From NCBI GenBank assembly GCA_964016885.1, contig OZ024744.1, positions 18,600,001 through 18,664,000 of the forward strand: a stretch of DNA of 64,000 nucleotides, in the 5' to 3' direction. This stretch comes from Eledone cirrhosa. Lineage: Eukaryota. Of this stretch, positions 13,031 through 26,780 are shown piece after piece. A model generated the notes under the pieces. It did no database searches. It was not told the DNA's origin and saw only the letters and a program-made list of their open reading frames with translations. The translations under genes and the position numbers were made by a program. The first letter of the stretch is position 1, and each line of letters starts with the position of its first letter.

Positions 13031-16000
13031 TGTATCTTTGTGTATGTCTGTGTCACTGTGTATGTCACAGTGTGTTTCTGTATGTCTGTGTCACTGTCTA
13101 TGTCACTGTATGTTTCTGAATGTCTGTGTCAGTGTGTATGTCACTGTGTGTTTGTGTATGTCTGTGTCACTGTATGTTTCTGTATGTCTGTGTCACTGTG
13201 TATGTCACTGTGTGTTTCTGTATGTCTGTGTCACTGTGTATGACATTGTATCTTTGTGTATGTCTGTGTCACTGTGTATGTCACTGTATGTTTCTGTATG
13301 TTTGTGTCACTGTGTATGTTACTGTGTGTTTCTGTATGTTTGTGTCTCAGTGTATGTCACTGTATGTTTCTGTATGTCTGTTTCACTGTGTATGTCACTG
13401 TGTCTTTATGTATGTCTGTGTCACTCTGTATGTCACTGTATATTTCTGTATGTCTGTGTCACTGTGTATGTCACTGTATGTTTCTGTATGTCTGTGTCAC
13501 TGTGTATGTCACTGTATGCTTCTGTATGTCTGTGTCACTGTGTATGTCACTGTATCTTTGTGTATGTCTGTGTCCCTGTGTATGTCAATGTATGTTTCTG
13601 TATGTTTGTGTCACTGTGTATGTCACTGTGTGTTTCTGTATGTCTGTGTCACTGTGTATGTCACTGTGTGTTTCTGTATGTTTGTGTCACTGTGTATGTC
13701 ACTAAATGTTTGTGTGTGTCTGTGTCTCTGTGTATGTCACTGTTTGTTTGCGTGTGTCTGTGTCACTGTGTATGTCACTGTGTGTTTCTGTATGTCTGTG
13801 TGACTGTCTATGTCACTGTGTGTTTCTGTATGTTTGTGTCACTGTGTATGTCACTAAATGTTTGTGTGTGTCTGTGTCTCTGTGTATGTCACTGTTTGTT
13901 TGCGTGTGTCTGTGTCACTGTGTATGTCACTGTATGTTTCTGTATGTCTGTGTCACTTTGTATGTCACTGTGTGTTTCTGTATGTATGTGTCACCGTGTA
14001 TGTCACTGTATCTTTGTGTATGCCTGTGTCACTGTGTATGTCACTGTGTGTTTCTGTATGTTTGTGTCACTGTGTATGTCACTAAATGTTTGTGTGTGTC
14101 TGTGTCACTGTGTATGTCACTGTGTGTTTCTGTATGTCTGTGTGACTGTGTATGTCACTGTTTGTTTGTGTATGTCTGTGTCACTGTGTGTGTTTCTGTA
14201 TGTCTGTGTCACTGTGTATGTCATTGCATCTTTGTGTATGTCTGTCTCACTGTGTATGTCACTGTGTGTTTCTGCATGTCTGTGTCACTGTGTATGTCAC
14301 TGTGTGTTTCTGTTTGTCTGTGTCACTGTGTATGTCACTGTATGTTTCTGTATGTCTCTTTCACTGTGTATATCACTGTGTGTTTCTGTATGTCTGTGTC
14401 ACTGTATATGTCACTGTATCTTTGTGTATGCCTGTGTCACTGTCTATGTCACTGTATGTTTCTGTACGTCTGTTTCACTGTGTATATCACTGTATATTTG
14501 TGTATGTCTGTGTCACTCTGTATGTCACTGTGTGTTTCTGTATGTCTGTGTCACTATGTATGCCACTGTATATTTGTGTTGTCTGTGTCATTGTGTATGT
14601 CACTGCGTGTTTCTGTATGTCTGTGTCACTGTGTATGACACTGTGTCTTTCTGTATGTATGTATCACTGTGTATGTCACTGTGTGTATCTGTATGTCGGT
14701 GTCACTGTGTATGTCATTGTATCTTTGTGTATGTCTGTGGCACTCTGTATGTCGTTGTGTGTTTCTGTATGTATGTGTCTCTGTGTATGTCACTGTATAT
14801 TTGTGTATGTATGTGTCACTGTGTATGTCACTGTGAGTTTCTCTATGTCTGTGTCACTGTGTATGTCACTGTATGTCTCTGTATGTCTGTGTCACTGTCT
14901 ATGTCACTGTATCTTTGTGTATGTCTGTGTCACTGTGTATGTCACAGTTTGTTTCTGTATATATGTGTCTCTGTGTATGTCACTGTAGTTTTGTGTATGT
15001 CTGTGTCACTGTGTGTTTCTGTATGTCTGTGTCACTGTGTATGTCACTGTATGTTTCTGTATGTCTGTGTCACTGTGTATGTCACTGTTTGTTTCTGTAT
15101 GTATGTGTCACTGTGTATGTCACCGTATGTGTGTGTATGTCTGTGTCACGGTGTATGTCACTGTATCTTAGTGTATGCCTGTGTCACTGTGTATGTCACT
15201 GTGAGTTTCTGTATGTCTGTGTATCTGTGTATGTCACTGTATCTTTGTGCATGTATGTGTCACTGTGTATGTCACTGTATGTTTCTGTATGTATGTGTCA
15301 CTGTGTATATCACTGTGTGTTTCTGTATATCTGTGTCTCTGTGTATGTCACTGTATCTTTGTGTATGTCTGGGTCACTGTGTATGTCACTGTATATTTGT
15401 GTATGTCTGTGTCACGGTGTATATCACTGTATGTTTGTGTATGTCTGTGTCACTGTGTATGTCACTGTGTGTTTCTGTATGTATGTGTCACTGTGTATAT
15501 CAATGTGTGTTTCTGTATCTCTGTGTCACGGTGTATGTCACTGCATGTTTGTGTATGTCTGTGTGACTGTGTATGTCACTGTGTGTTTCTGTATGGCTGT
15601 GTCACTGTGTATGTCACTGTATCTTTGTGTATGTCTGTGTCACTGTGTATGTCACAGTGTGTTTCTGTATGTCTGTGTCACTGTATATGTCACTGTATGT
15701 TTCTGAATGTCTGTGTCACTGTGTATGTCACTGTGTGTTTCTGTATGTTTGTGTCACTGTGTATGTCACTAAATGTTTGTGTGTGTCTGTGTCTCTGTGT
15801 ATGTCACTGTTTGTTTGCGTGTGTCTGTGTCACTGTGTATGTCACTGTATGTTTCTGTATGTCTGTGTCACTTTGTATGTCACTGTGTGTTTCTGTATGT
15901 ATGTGTCACCGTGTATGTCACTGTATCTTTGTGTATGCCTGTGTCACTGTGTATGTCACTGTGTGTTTCTGCATGTCTGTGTCACTGTGTATGTCACTGT

Positions 16001-16274
16001 GTGTTTCTGTATGTCTGTGTCACTGTGTATGTCACTGTATGTTTCTGTATGTCTCTTTCACTGTGTATATCACTGTGTGTTTCTGTATGTCTGTGTCACT
16101 GTATATGTCACTGTATCTTTGTGTATGCCTGTGTCACTGTCTATGTCACTGTATGTTTCTGTATGTCTGTTTCACTGTGTATGTCACTGTATATTTGTGT
16201 ATGTCTTGTCACTCTGTATGTCACTGTGTGTTTCTGTATGTCTGTGTCACTATGTATGCCACTGTATATTTGTG

Positions 16275-19200
16275 TTGTCTGTGTCATTGTGTATGTCACT
16301 GGGTGTTTCTGTATGTCTGTGTCACTGTGTATGACACTGTGTCTTTCTGTATGTATGTATCACTGTGTATGTCACTGTGTGTATCTGTATGTCGGTGTCA
16401 CTGTGTAAGTCATTGTATCTTTGTGTATGTCTGTGGCACTCTGTATGTCGTTGTGTGTTTCTGTATGTATGTGTCTCTGTGTATGTCACTGTATATTTGT
16501 GTATGTATGTGTCACTGTGTATGTCACTGTGAGTTTCTCTATGTCTGTGTCACTGTGTATGTCACTGTATGTCTCTGTATGTCTGTGTCACTGTCTATGT
16601 CACTGTATCTTTGCGTATGTCTGTGTCACTGTGTATGTCACTGTGTGTTTCTGTATGTCTGTGTCACTGTGTATGTCACAGTTTGTTTCTGTATATATGT
16701 GTCTCTGTGTATGTCACTGTAGTTTTGTGTATGTCTGTGTCACTGTGTGTTTCTGTATGTATGTGTCACTGTGTATGTCACTGTATGTTTCTGTATGTCT
16801 GTGTCACTGTGTATGTCACTGTTTGTTTCTGTATGTATGTGTCACTGTGTATGTCACCGTATGTGTGTGTATGTCTGTGTCACGGTGTATGTCACTGTAT
16901 CTTAGTGTATGCCTGTGTCACTGTGTATGTCACTGTGAGTTTCTGTATGTCTGTGTCTCTGTGTATGTCACTGTATCTTTGTGCATGTATGTGTCACTGT
17001 GTATGTCACTGTATGTTTCTGTATGTCTGTGTCAATGTGTATATCACTGTGTGTTTCTGTATATCTGTGTCTCTGTGTATGTCACTGTATCTTTGTGTAT
17101 GTCTGGGTTACTGTGTATGTCACTGTATATGTGTGTATGTCTGTGACACGGTGTATATCACTGTATGTTTGTGTATGTCTGTGTCACTGTGTATGTCACT
17201 GTGTGTTTCTGTATGTCTGTGTCACTGTGTATATCAATGTGTGTTTCTGTATCTCTGTGTCACGGTGTATGTCACTGCATGTTTGTGTATGTCTGTGTGA
17301 CTGTGTATGTCACAGTGTGTTTCTGTATGGCTGTGTCACTGTGTATGTCACTGTATATTTGTGTATGTCTGTGTCACTCTGTATGTCACTGTATATTTCT
17401 GTATGTCTGTGTCACTGTGTATATCACTGTATGTTTCTGTATGTATGTGTCACTGTGTATTTCTGTATGGCTGTGTCACTGTGTATGTCACTGTATCTTT
17501 GTGTATGTCTGTGTCACTGTGTATGTCACAGTGTGTTTCTGTATGTCTGTGTCACTGTCTATGTCACTGTATGTTTCTGAATGTCTGTGTCACTGTGTAT
17601 GTCACTGTGTGTTTGTGTATGTCTGTGTCACTGTATGTTTCTGTATGTCTGTGTCACTGTGTATGTCACTGTGTGTTTCTGTATGTCTGTGTCACAGTGT
17701 ATGACATTGTATCTTTGTGTATGTCTGTGTCACTGTGTATGTCACTGTATGTTTCTCTATGTTTGTGTCACTGTGTATGTCACTGTGTGTTTCTGTATGT
17801 TTGTGTCTCTGTGTATGTCACTGTATGTTTCTGTATGTCTGTTTCACTGTGTATGTCACTGTGTCTTTATGTATGTCTGTGTCACTCTGTATGTCACTGT
17901 ATATTTCTGTATGTCTGTGTCACAGTGTATGTCACTATGTTTCTGTATGTCTGTGTCACTGTGTATGTCACTGTATGCTTCTGTATGTCTGTGTCACTGT
18001 GTATGTCACTGTATCTTTGTGTATGTCTGTGTCCCTGTGTATGTCACTGTATGTTTCTGTATGTTTGTGTCACTGTGTATGTCACTGTGTGTTTCTGTAT
18101 GTCTGTGTCACTGTGTATGTCACTGTGTGTTTCTGTATGTTTGTGTTACTGTGTATGTCACTAAATGTTTGTGTGTGTCTGTGTCTCTGTGTATGTCACT
18201 GTTTGTTTGCGTGTGTCTGTGTCACTGTGTATGTCACTGTGTGTTTCTGTATGTCACTGTGTGTTTGTGCATGTCTGTGTCACTGTATGTTTCTGTATGT
18301 CTGTGTCACAGTGTATGTCACTGTGTGTTTCTGTATGTATGTGTCACCGTGTATGTCACTGTATCTTTGTGTATGCCTGTGTCACTGTGTATGTCACTGT
18401 GTGTTTCTGTATGTTTGTGTCACTGTGTATGTCACTAAATGTTTGTGTGTGTCTGTGTCACTGTGTATGTCACTGTGTGTTTCTGTATGTCTGTGTGACT
18501 GTGTATGTGACTGTTTGTTTCTGCATGTCTGTGTCACTGTGTATGTCACTGTGTGTTTCTGTATGTCTGTGTCACTGTGTATGTCACTGTATGTTTCTGT
18601 ATGTCTGTTTCACTGTGTATATCACTGTGTGTTTCTGTATGTCTGTGTCACTGTATATGTCACTGTATCTTTGTGTATGCCTGTGTCACTGTCTATGTCT
18701 CTGTATGTTTCTGTATGTCTGTGTCACTATGTATGCCACTGAATATTTGTGTTGTCTGTGTCATTGTATATGTCACTGGGTGTTTCTGTATGTCTGTGTC
18801 ACTGTGTATGACACTGTGTCTTTCTGTATGTATGTATCACTGTGTATGTCACTGTGTGTATCTGTATGTCTGTGTCACTGTGTAAGTCATTGTATATTTG
18901 TGTATGTCTGTGTCACTGTGTATGTCACTGTATGTTTCTGTAAGTTTGTGTCACTGTGTATGTCACTGTGTGTTTCTGTATGTCTGTGTCTCTGTGTATG
19001 TCACTGTATGTTTCTGTATGTCTGTTTCACTGTGTATGTCACTGTGTCTTTATGTATGTCTGTGTCACTCTGTATGTCACTGTATATTTCTGTATGTCTG
19101 TGTCACTGTGTATGTCACTGTATGTTTCTGTATGTTTGTGTCACTGTGTATGTCACTGTATGTTTCTGTATGTCTGTGTCCATGTGTATGTCACTGTATG

Positions 19201-22200
19201 TTTCTGTATGTCTGTGTCACTGTGTATGTCACTGTATGTTTATGTATGTCTGTTTCACTGTGTATGTCACTGTGTGTTTCTGTATGTCTGTGTCACTCTG
19301 TATGTCACTGTATATTTCTGTATGTTTGTGTCACTGTGTATGTCACTGTATGTTTCTGTATGTTTCTGTATGTCTGTGTCACTGTGTATGTCACTGTGTG
19401 TTTCTGTATGTCTGTGTCACTGTATATGTCACTGTATCTTTGTGTATGCCTGTGTCACTGTTTATGTGACTGTATGTTTCTGTATGTCTGTTTCAGTGTG
19501 TATGTCACTGTATATTTGTGTATGTCTGTGTCACTCTGTATGTCACTGTGTGTTTCTGTATGTCTGTGTCACTATGTATGCCACTGTATGTTTGTGTTAT
19601 CTGTGTCATTGTATATGTCACTGGGTGTTTCTGTATGTCTGTGTCACTGTGTATGACACTGTGTGTTTCTGTATGTATGTATCACTGTGTATGTCACTGT
19701 GTGTTTCTGTATGTCTGTGTCACTATGTAAGTCATTGTATCTTTGTGTATGTCTGTGGCACTCTGTATGTTGTTGTGTGTTTCTGTATGTATGTGTCTCT
19801 GTGTATGTCACTGTATCTTTGTGTATGTATGTGTCACTGTGTATGTTACTGTGAGTTTATGTATGTCTGTGTCACTGTGTATGTCACTGTATGTCTATGT
19901 ATGTCTGTGTCACTGTCTATGTCACTGTATCTTTGTGTATGTCTGTATCACTGTGTATGTCACTGTGTGTTTATGTATGTCTGTGTCTCTGTGTATGTCA
20001 CTGTATCTTTGCGTATGTCTGCGTCACTGTGTATGTCACTGTGTGTTTCTGTATGTCTGTGTCACTGTGTATGTCACAGTGTGTTTCTGTATATCTGTGT
20101 CTCTGTGTATGTCACTGTATCTTTGTGTATGTCTGTGTCACTGTGTATGTCACTGTATGTTTCTGTATGTATGTTTCACTGTGTATGTCACTAAATGTTT
20201 GTGTGTGTCTGTGTCTCTGTGTATGTCACTGTGTGTTTGCGTGTGTCTGTGTCACTGTGTATGTCACTGTTTGTTTCTGTATGTCTGTGTGACTGTGTAT
20301 GTCACTGTTTGTTTGTGTATGTCTGTGTCACTGTGTGTTTCTGTATGTCTGTGTCACTGTGTATGTCATTGCATCTTTGTGTATGTCTGTGTCACTCTGT
20401 ATGTCACTGTGTCTTTCTGCATGTCTGTGTCACTGTGTATGTCACTGTGTGTTCCTGTATGTCTGTGTCACTGTGTATGTCACTGTGTGTTTGTGTATGT
20501 CTGTGTCACTGTATGTTTCTGTATGTCTGTGTCACAGTGTATGACATTGTATCTTTGTGTATGTCTGTGTCACTGTGTATGTCACTGTATGTTTCTGTAT
20601 GTTTGTGTCACTGTGTATGTCACTGTGTGTTTCTGTATGTTTGTGTCTCTGTGTATGTCACTGTATGTTTCTGTATGTCTGTTTCACTGTGTATGTCACT
20701 GTGTCTTTATGTATGTCTGTGTCACTCTGTATGTCACTGTATATTTCTGTATGTCTGTGTCACTGTGTATGTCACTGTATGTTTCTGTATGTCTGTGTCA
20801 CTGTATATGTCACTGTATGCTTCTGTATGTCTGTGTCACTGTGTATGTCACCGTATGTGTGTGTATGTCTGTGTCACGGTGTATGTCACTGTATCTTAGT
20901 GTATGCCTGTGTCACTGTGTATGTCACTGTGAGTTTCTGTATGTCTGTGTCTCTCTGTATGTCACTGTATCTTTGTGCATGTATGTGTCACTGTGTATGT
21001 CACTGTATGTTTCTGTATGTCTGTGTCACTGTGTATATGACTGTGTGTTTCTGTATATCTGTGTCTCTGTGTATGTCACTGTATCTTTGTGTATGTCTGG
21101 GTCACTGTGTATGTCACTGTATATTTGTGTATGTCTGTGTCACGGTGTATATCACTGTATGTTTGTGTATGTCTGTGTCACTGTGTATGTTACTGTGTGT
21201 TTCTGTATGTCTGTGTCACTGTGTATATCAATGTGTGTTTCTGTATCTCTGTGTCACGGTGTATGTCACTGCATGTTTGTGTATGTCTGTGTGACTGTGT
21301 ATGTCACTGTGTGTTTCTGTATGGCTGTGTCACTGTGTATGTCACTGTATCTTTGTGTATGTCTGTGTCACTGTGTATGTCACAGTGTGTTTCTGTATGT
21401 CTGTGTCACTGTCTATGTCACTGTATGTTTCTGAATGTCTGTGTCACTGTGTATGTCACTGTGTGTTTCTGTATGTCTGTGTCACGGTGTATGTCACTGT
21501 ATGTTTGTGTGTAACTGTGTCACTGTGTATGTCACTGTATGTTTGTGTATGTCTGTGTCACTGTAAGTTTCTGTATGTCTGTGTCACTGTGTATGTCACT
21601 GTGTGTTTCTGGATGTCTGTGTCACTGTGTATGTCATTGTATCTTTGTGTATGTCTGTGTCACTGTGTATGTCACTGTATGTTTCTGTAAGTTTGTGTCA
21701 CTGTGTATGTCACTGTGTGTTTCTGTATGTCTGTGTCTCTGTGTATGTCACTGTATGTTTCTGTATATCTGTTTCACTGTGTATGTCACTGTGTCTTTAT
21801 GTATGTCTGTGTCACTCTGTATGTCACTGTATATTTCTGTATGTCTGTGTCACTGTGTATATCACTGTATGTTTCTGTATGTCTGTGTCACTGTGTATGT
21901 CACTGTGTGTTTCTGTATGGCTGTGTCACTGTGTATGTCACAGTGTGTTTCTGTATGTCTGTGTCACTGTCTATGTCATTGTATGTTTCTGAATGTCTGT
22001 GTCACTGTGTATGTCACTGTGTGTTTGTGTATGTCTGTGTCACTGTATGTTTCTGTATGTCTGTGTCACTGTGTATGTCACTGTGTGTTTCTGTATGTCT
22101 GTGTCACTGTGTATGTCATTGTATCTTTGTGTATGTCTGTGTCACTGTGTATGTCACTGTATGTTTCTGTAAGTTTGTGTCACTGTGTATGTCACTGTGT

Positions 22201-25200
22201 GTTTCTGTATGTCTGTGTCTCTGTGTATGTCACTGTATGTTTCTGTATGTCTGTTTCACTGTGTATGTCACTGTGTCTTTATGTATGTCTGTGTCACTCT
22301 CTATGTCACTGTATATTTCTGTATGTCTGTGTCACTGTGTATATCACTGTATGTTTCTGTATGTCTGTGTCACTGTGTATGTCACTGTGTGTTTCTGTAT
22401 GGCTGTGTCACTGTGTATGTCACTGTATCTTTGTGTATGTCTGTGTCACTGTCTATGTCACAGTGTGTTTCTGTATGTCTGTGTCACTGTCTATGTCACT
22501 GTTATTTCTGAATGTCTGTGTCAGTGTGTATGTCACTGTGTGTTTGTGTATGTCTGTGTCACTGTATGTTTCTGTATGTCTGTGTGACTGTGTATGTCAC
22601 TGTGTGTTTCTGTATGTCTGTGTCACTGTGTATGACATTGTATCTTTGTGTATGTCTGTGTCACTGTGTATGTCACTGTATGTTTCTGTATGTTTGTGTC
22701 ACTGTGTATGTCACTGTGTGTTTCTGTATGTTTGTGTCTCAGTGTATGTCACTGTATGTTTCTGTATGTCTGTTTCACTGTGTATGTCACTGTGTCTTTA
22801 TGTATGCCTGTGTCACTCTGTATGTCACTGTATATTTCTGTATGTCTGTGTCACTGTGTATGTCACTGTATGTTTCTGTATGTCTGTGTCACTGTGTATG
22901 TCACTGTATGCTTCTGTATGTCTGTGTCACTGTGTATGTCACTGTATCTTTGTGTATGTCTGTGTCCCTGTGTATGTCAATGTATGTTTCTGTATGTTTG
23001 TGTCACTGTGTATGTCACTGTGTGTTTCTGTATGTCTGTGTCACTGTGTATGTCACTGTGTGTTTCTGTATGTTTGTGTCACTGTGTATGTCACTAAATG
23101 TTTGTGTGTGTCTGTGTCTCTGTGTATGTCACTGTTTGTTTGCGTGTGTCTGTGTCACTGTGTATGTCACTGTGTGTTTCTGTATGTCTGTGTGACTGTC
23201 TATGTCACTGTGTGTTTCTGTATGTTTGTGTCACTGTGTATGTCACTAAATGTTTGTGTGTGTCTGTGTCTCTGTGTATGTCACTGTTTGTTTGCGTGTG
23301 TCTGTGTCACTGTGTATGTCACTGTATGTTTCTGTATGTCTGTGTCACTTTGTATGTCACTGTGTGTTTCTGTATGTATGTGTCACCGTGTATGTCACTG
23401 TATCTTTGTGTATGCCTGTGTCACTGTGTATGTCACTGTGTGTTTCTGTATGTTTGTGTCACTGTGTATGTCACTAAATGTTTGTGTGTGTCTGTGTCAC
23501 TGTGTATGTCACTGTGTGTTTCTGTATGTCTGTGTGACTGTGTATGTCACTGTTTGTTTGTGTATGTCTGTGTCACTGTGTGTGTTTCTGTATGTCTGTG
23601 TCACTGTGTATGTCATTGCATCTTTGTGTATGTCTGTCTCACTGTGTATGTCACTGTATGTTTCTGTATGTCTCTTTCACTGTGTATATCACTGTGTGTT
23701 TCTGTATGTCTGTGTCACTGTATATGTCACTGTATCTTTGTGTATGCCTGTGTCACTGTCTATGTCACTGTATGTTTCTGTACGTCTGTTTCACTGTGTA
23801 TATCACTGTATATTTGTGTATGTCTGTGTCACTCTGTATGTCACTGTGTGTTTCTGTATGTCTGTGTCACTATGTATGCCACTGTATATTTGTGTTGTCT
23901 GTGTCATTGTGTATGTCACTGCGTGTTTCTGTATGTCTGTGTCACTGTGTATGACACTGTGTCTTTCTGTATGTATGTATCACTGTGTATGTCACTGTGT
24001 GTATCTGTATGTCGGTGTCACTGTGTAAGTCATTGTATCTTTGTGTATGTCTGTGGCACTCTGTATGTCGTTGTGTGTTTCTGTATGTATGTGTCTCTGT
24101 GTATGTCACTGTATATTTGTGTATGTATGTGTCACTGTGTATGTCACTGTGAGTTTCTCTATGTCTGTGTCACTGTGTATGTCACTGTATGTCTCTGTAT
24201 GTCTGTGTCACTGTCTATGTCACTGTATCTTTGCGTATGTCTGTGTCACTGTGTATGTCACTGTGTGTTTCTGTATGTCTGTGTCACTGTGTATGTCACA
24301 GTTTGTTTCTGTATATATGTGTCTCTGTGTATGTCACTGTAGTTTTGTGTATGTCTGTGTCACTGTGTGTTTCTGTATGTATGTGTCACTGTGTATGTCA
24401 CTGTATGTTTCTGTATGTCTGTGTCACTGTGTATGTCACTGTTTGTTTCTGTATGTATGTGTCACTGTGTATGTCACCGTATGTGTGTGTATGTCTGTGT
24501 CACGGTGTATGTCACTGTATCTTAGTGTATGCCTGTGTCACTGTGTATGTCACTGTGAGTTTCTGTATGTCTGTGTCTCTGTGTATGTCACTGTATCTTT
24601 GTGCATGTATGTGTCACTGTGTATGTCACTGTATGTTTCTGTATGTCTGTGTCACTGTGTATATCACTGTGTGTTTCTGTATATCTGTGTCTCTGTGTAT
24701 GTCACTGTATCTTTGTGTATGTCTGGGTCACTGTGTATGTCACTGTATATGTGTGTATGTCTGTGACACGGTGTATATCACTGTATGTTTGTGTATGTCT
24801 GTGTCACTGTGTATGTCACTGTGTGTTTCTGTATGTCTGTGTCACTGTGTATATCAATGTGTGTTTCTGTATCTCTGTGTCACGGTGTATGTCACTGCAT
24901 GTTTGTGTATGTCTGTGTGACTGTGTATGTCACTGTGTGTTTCTGTATGGCTGTGTCACTGTGTATGTCACTGTATCTTTGTGTATGTCTGTGTCACTCT
25001 GTATGTCACTGTATATTTCTGTATGTCTGTGTCACTGTGTATATCACTGTATGTTTCTGTATGTATGTGTCACTGTGTGTTTCTGTATGGCTGTGTCACT
25101 GTGTATGTCACTGTATCTTTGTGTATGTCTGTGTCACTGTGTATGTCACAGTGTGTTTCTGTATGTCTGTGTCACTGTCTATGTTACTGTATGTTTCTGA

Positions 25201-26780
25201 ATGTCTGTGTCACTGTGTATGTCACTGTGTGTTTGTGTATGTCTGTGTCACTGTATGTTTCTGTATGTCTGTGTCACTGTGTATGTCACTGTGTGTTTCT
25301 GTATGTCTGTGTCACAGTGTATGACATTGTATCTTTGTGTATGTCTGTGTCACTGTGTATGTCACTGTATGTTTCTGTATGTTTGTGTCACTGTGTATGT
25401 CACTGTGTGTTTCTGTATGTTTGTGTCTCTGTGTATGTCACTGTATGTTTCTGTATGTCTGTTTCACTGTGTATGTCACTGTGTCTTTATGTATGTCTGT
25501 GTCACTCTGTATGTCACTGTATATTTCTGTATGTCTGTGTCACAGTGTATGTCACTGTATGTTTCTGTATGTCTGTGTCACTGTGTATGTCACTGTATGC
25601 TTCTGTATGTCTGTGTCACTGTGTATGTCACTGTATCTTTGTGTATGTCTGTGTCCCTGTGTATGTCACTGTATGTTTCTGTATGTTTGTGTCACTGTGT
25701 ATGTCACTGTGTGTTTCTGTATGTCTGTGTCACTGTGTATGTCACTGTGTGTTTCTGTATGTTTGTGTTACTGTGTATGTCACTAAATGTTTGTGTGTGT
25801 CTGTGTCTCTGTGTATGTCACTGTTTGTTTGCGTGTGTCTGTGTCACTGTGTATGTCACTGTGTGTTTCTGTATGTCACTGTGTGTTTGTGCATGTCTGT
25901 GTCACTGTATGTTTCTGTATGTCTGTGTCACAGTGTATGTCACTGTGTGTTTCTGTATGTATGTGTCACCGTGTATGTCACTGTATCTTTGTGTATGCCT
26001 GTGTCACTGTGTATGTCCCTGTGTGTTTCTGTATGTTTGTGTCACTGTGTATGTCACTAAATGTTTGTGTGTGTCTGTGTCACTGTGTATGTCACTGTGT
26101 GTTTCTGTATGTCTGTGTGACTGTGTATGTGACTGTTTGTTTCTGCATGTCTGTGTCACTGTGTATGTCACTGTGTGTTTCTGTATGTCTGTGTCACTGT
26201 GTATGTCACTGTATGTTTCTGTATGTCTGTTTCACTGTGTATATCACTGTGTGTTTCTGTATGTCTGTGTCACTGTATATGTCACTGTATCTTTGTGTAT
26301 GCCTGTGTCACTGTCTATGTCTCTGTATGTTTCTGTATGTCTGTGTCACTATGTATGCCACTGAATATTTGTGTTGTCTGTGTCATTGTATATGTCACTG
26401 GGTGTTTCTGTATGTCTGTGTCACTGTGTATGACACTGTGTCTTTCTGTATGTATGTATCACTGTGTATGTCACTGTGTGTATCTGTATGTCTGTGTCAC
26501 TGTGTAAGTCATTGTATATTTGTGTATGTCTGTGTCACTGTGTATGTCACTGTATGTTTCTGTAAGTTTGTGTCACTGTGTATGTCACTGTGTGTTTCTG
26601 TATGTCTGTGTCTCTGTGTATGTCACTGTATGTTTCTGTATGTCTGTTTCACTGTGTATGTCACTGTGTCTTTATGTATGTCTGTGTCACTCTGTATGTC
26701 ACTGTATATTTCTGTATGTCTGTGTCACTGTGTATGTCACTGTATGTTTCTGTATGTTTGTGTCACTGTGTATGTCACTG
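16275..26780. repeat. Higher-order periodicity of ~7.62 kb (left-hand HOR variant: landmark order D-A-B, no C block)
   Basis: ORF pairs 16421/24041, 17165/24785 and 17581/25201 differ by 7620; 18165/25787 and 18898/26520 differ by 7622. The 7-14.6 kb region matches 18-23.9 kb at offsets 11071, 10967, 10965, 9392 and 9316, which is explained by intervening indels. Confidence 0.8.
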
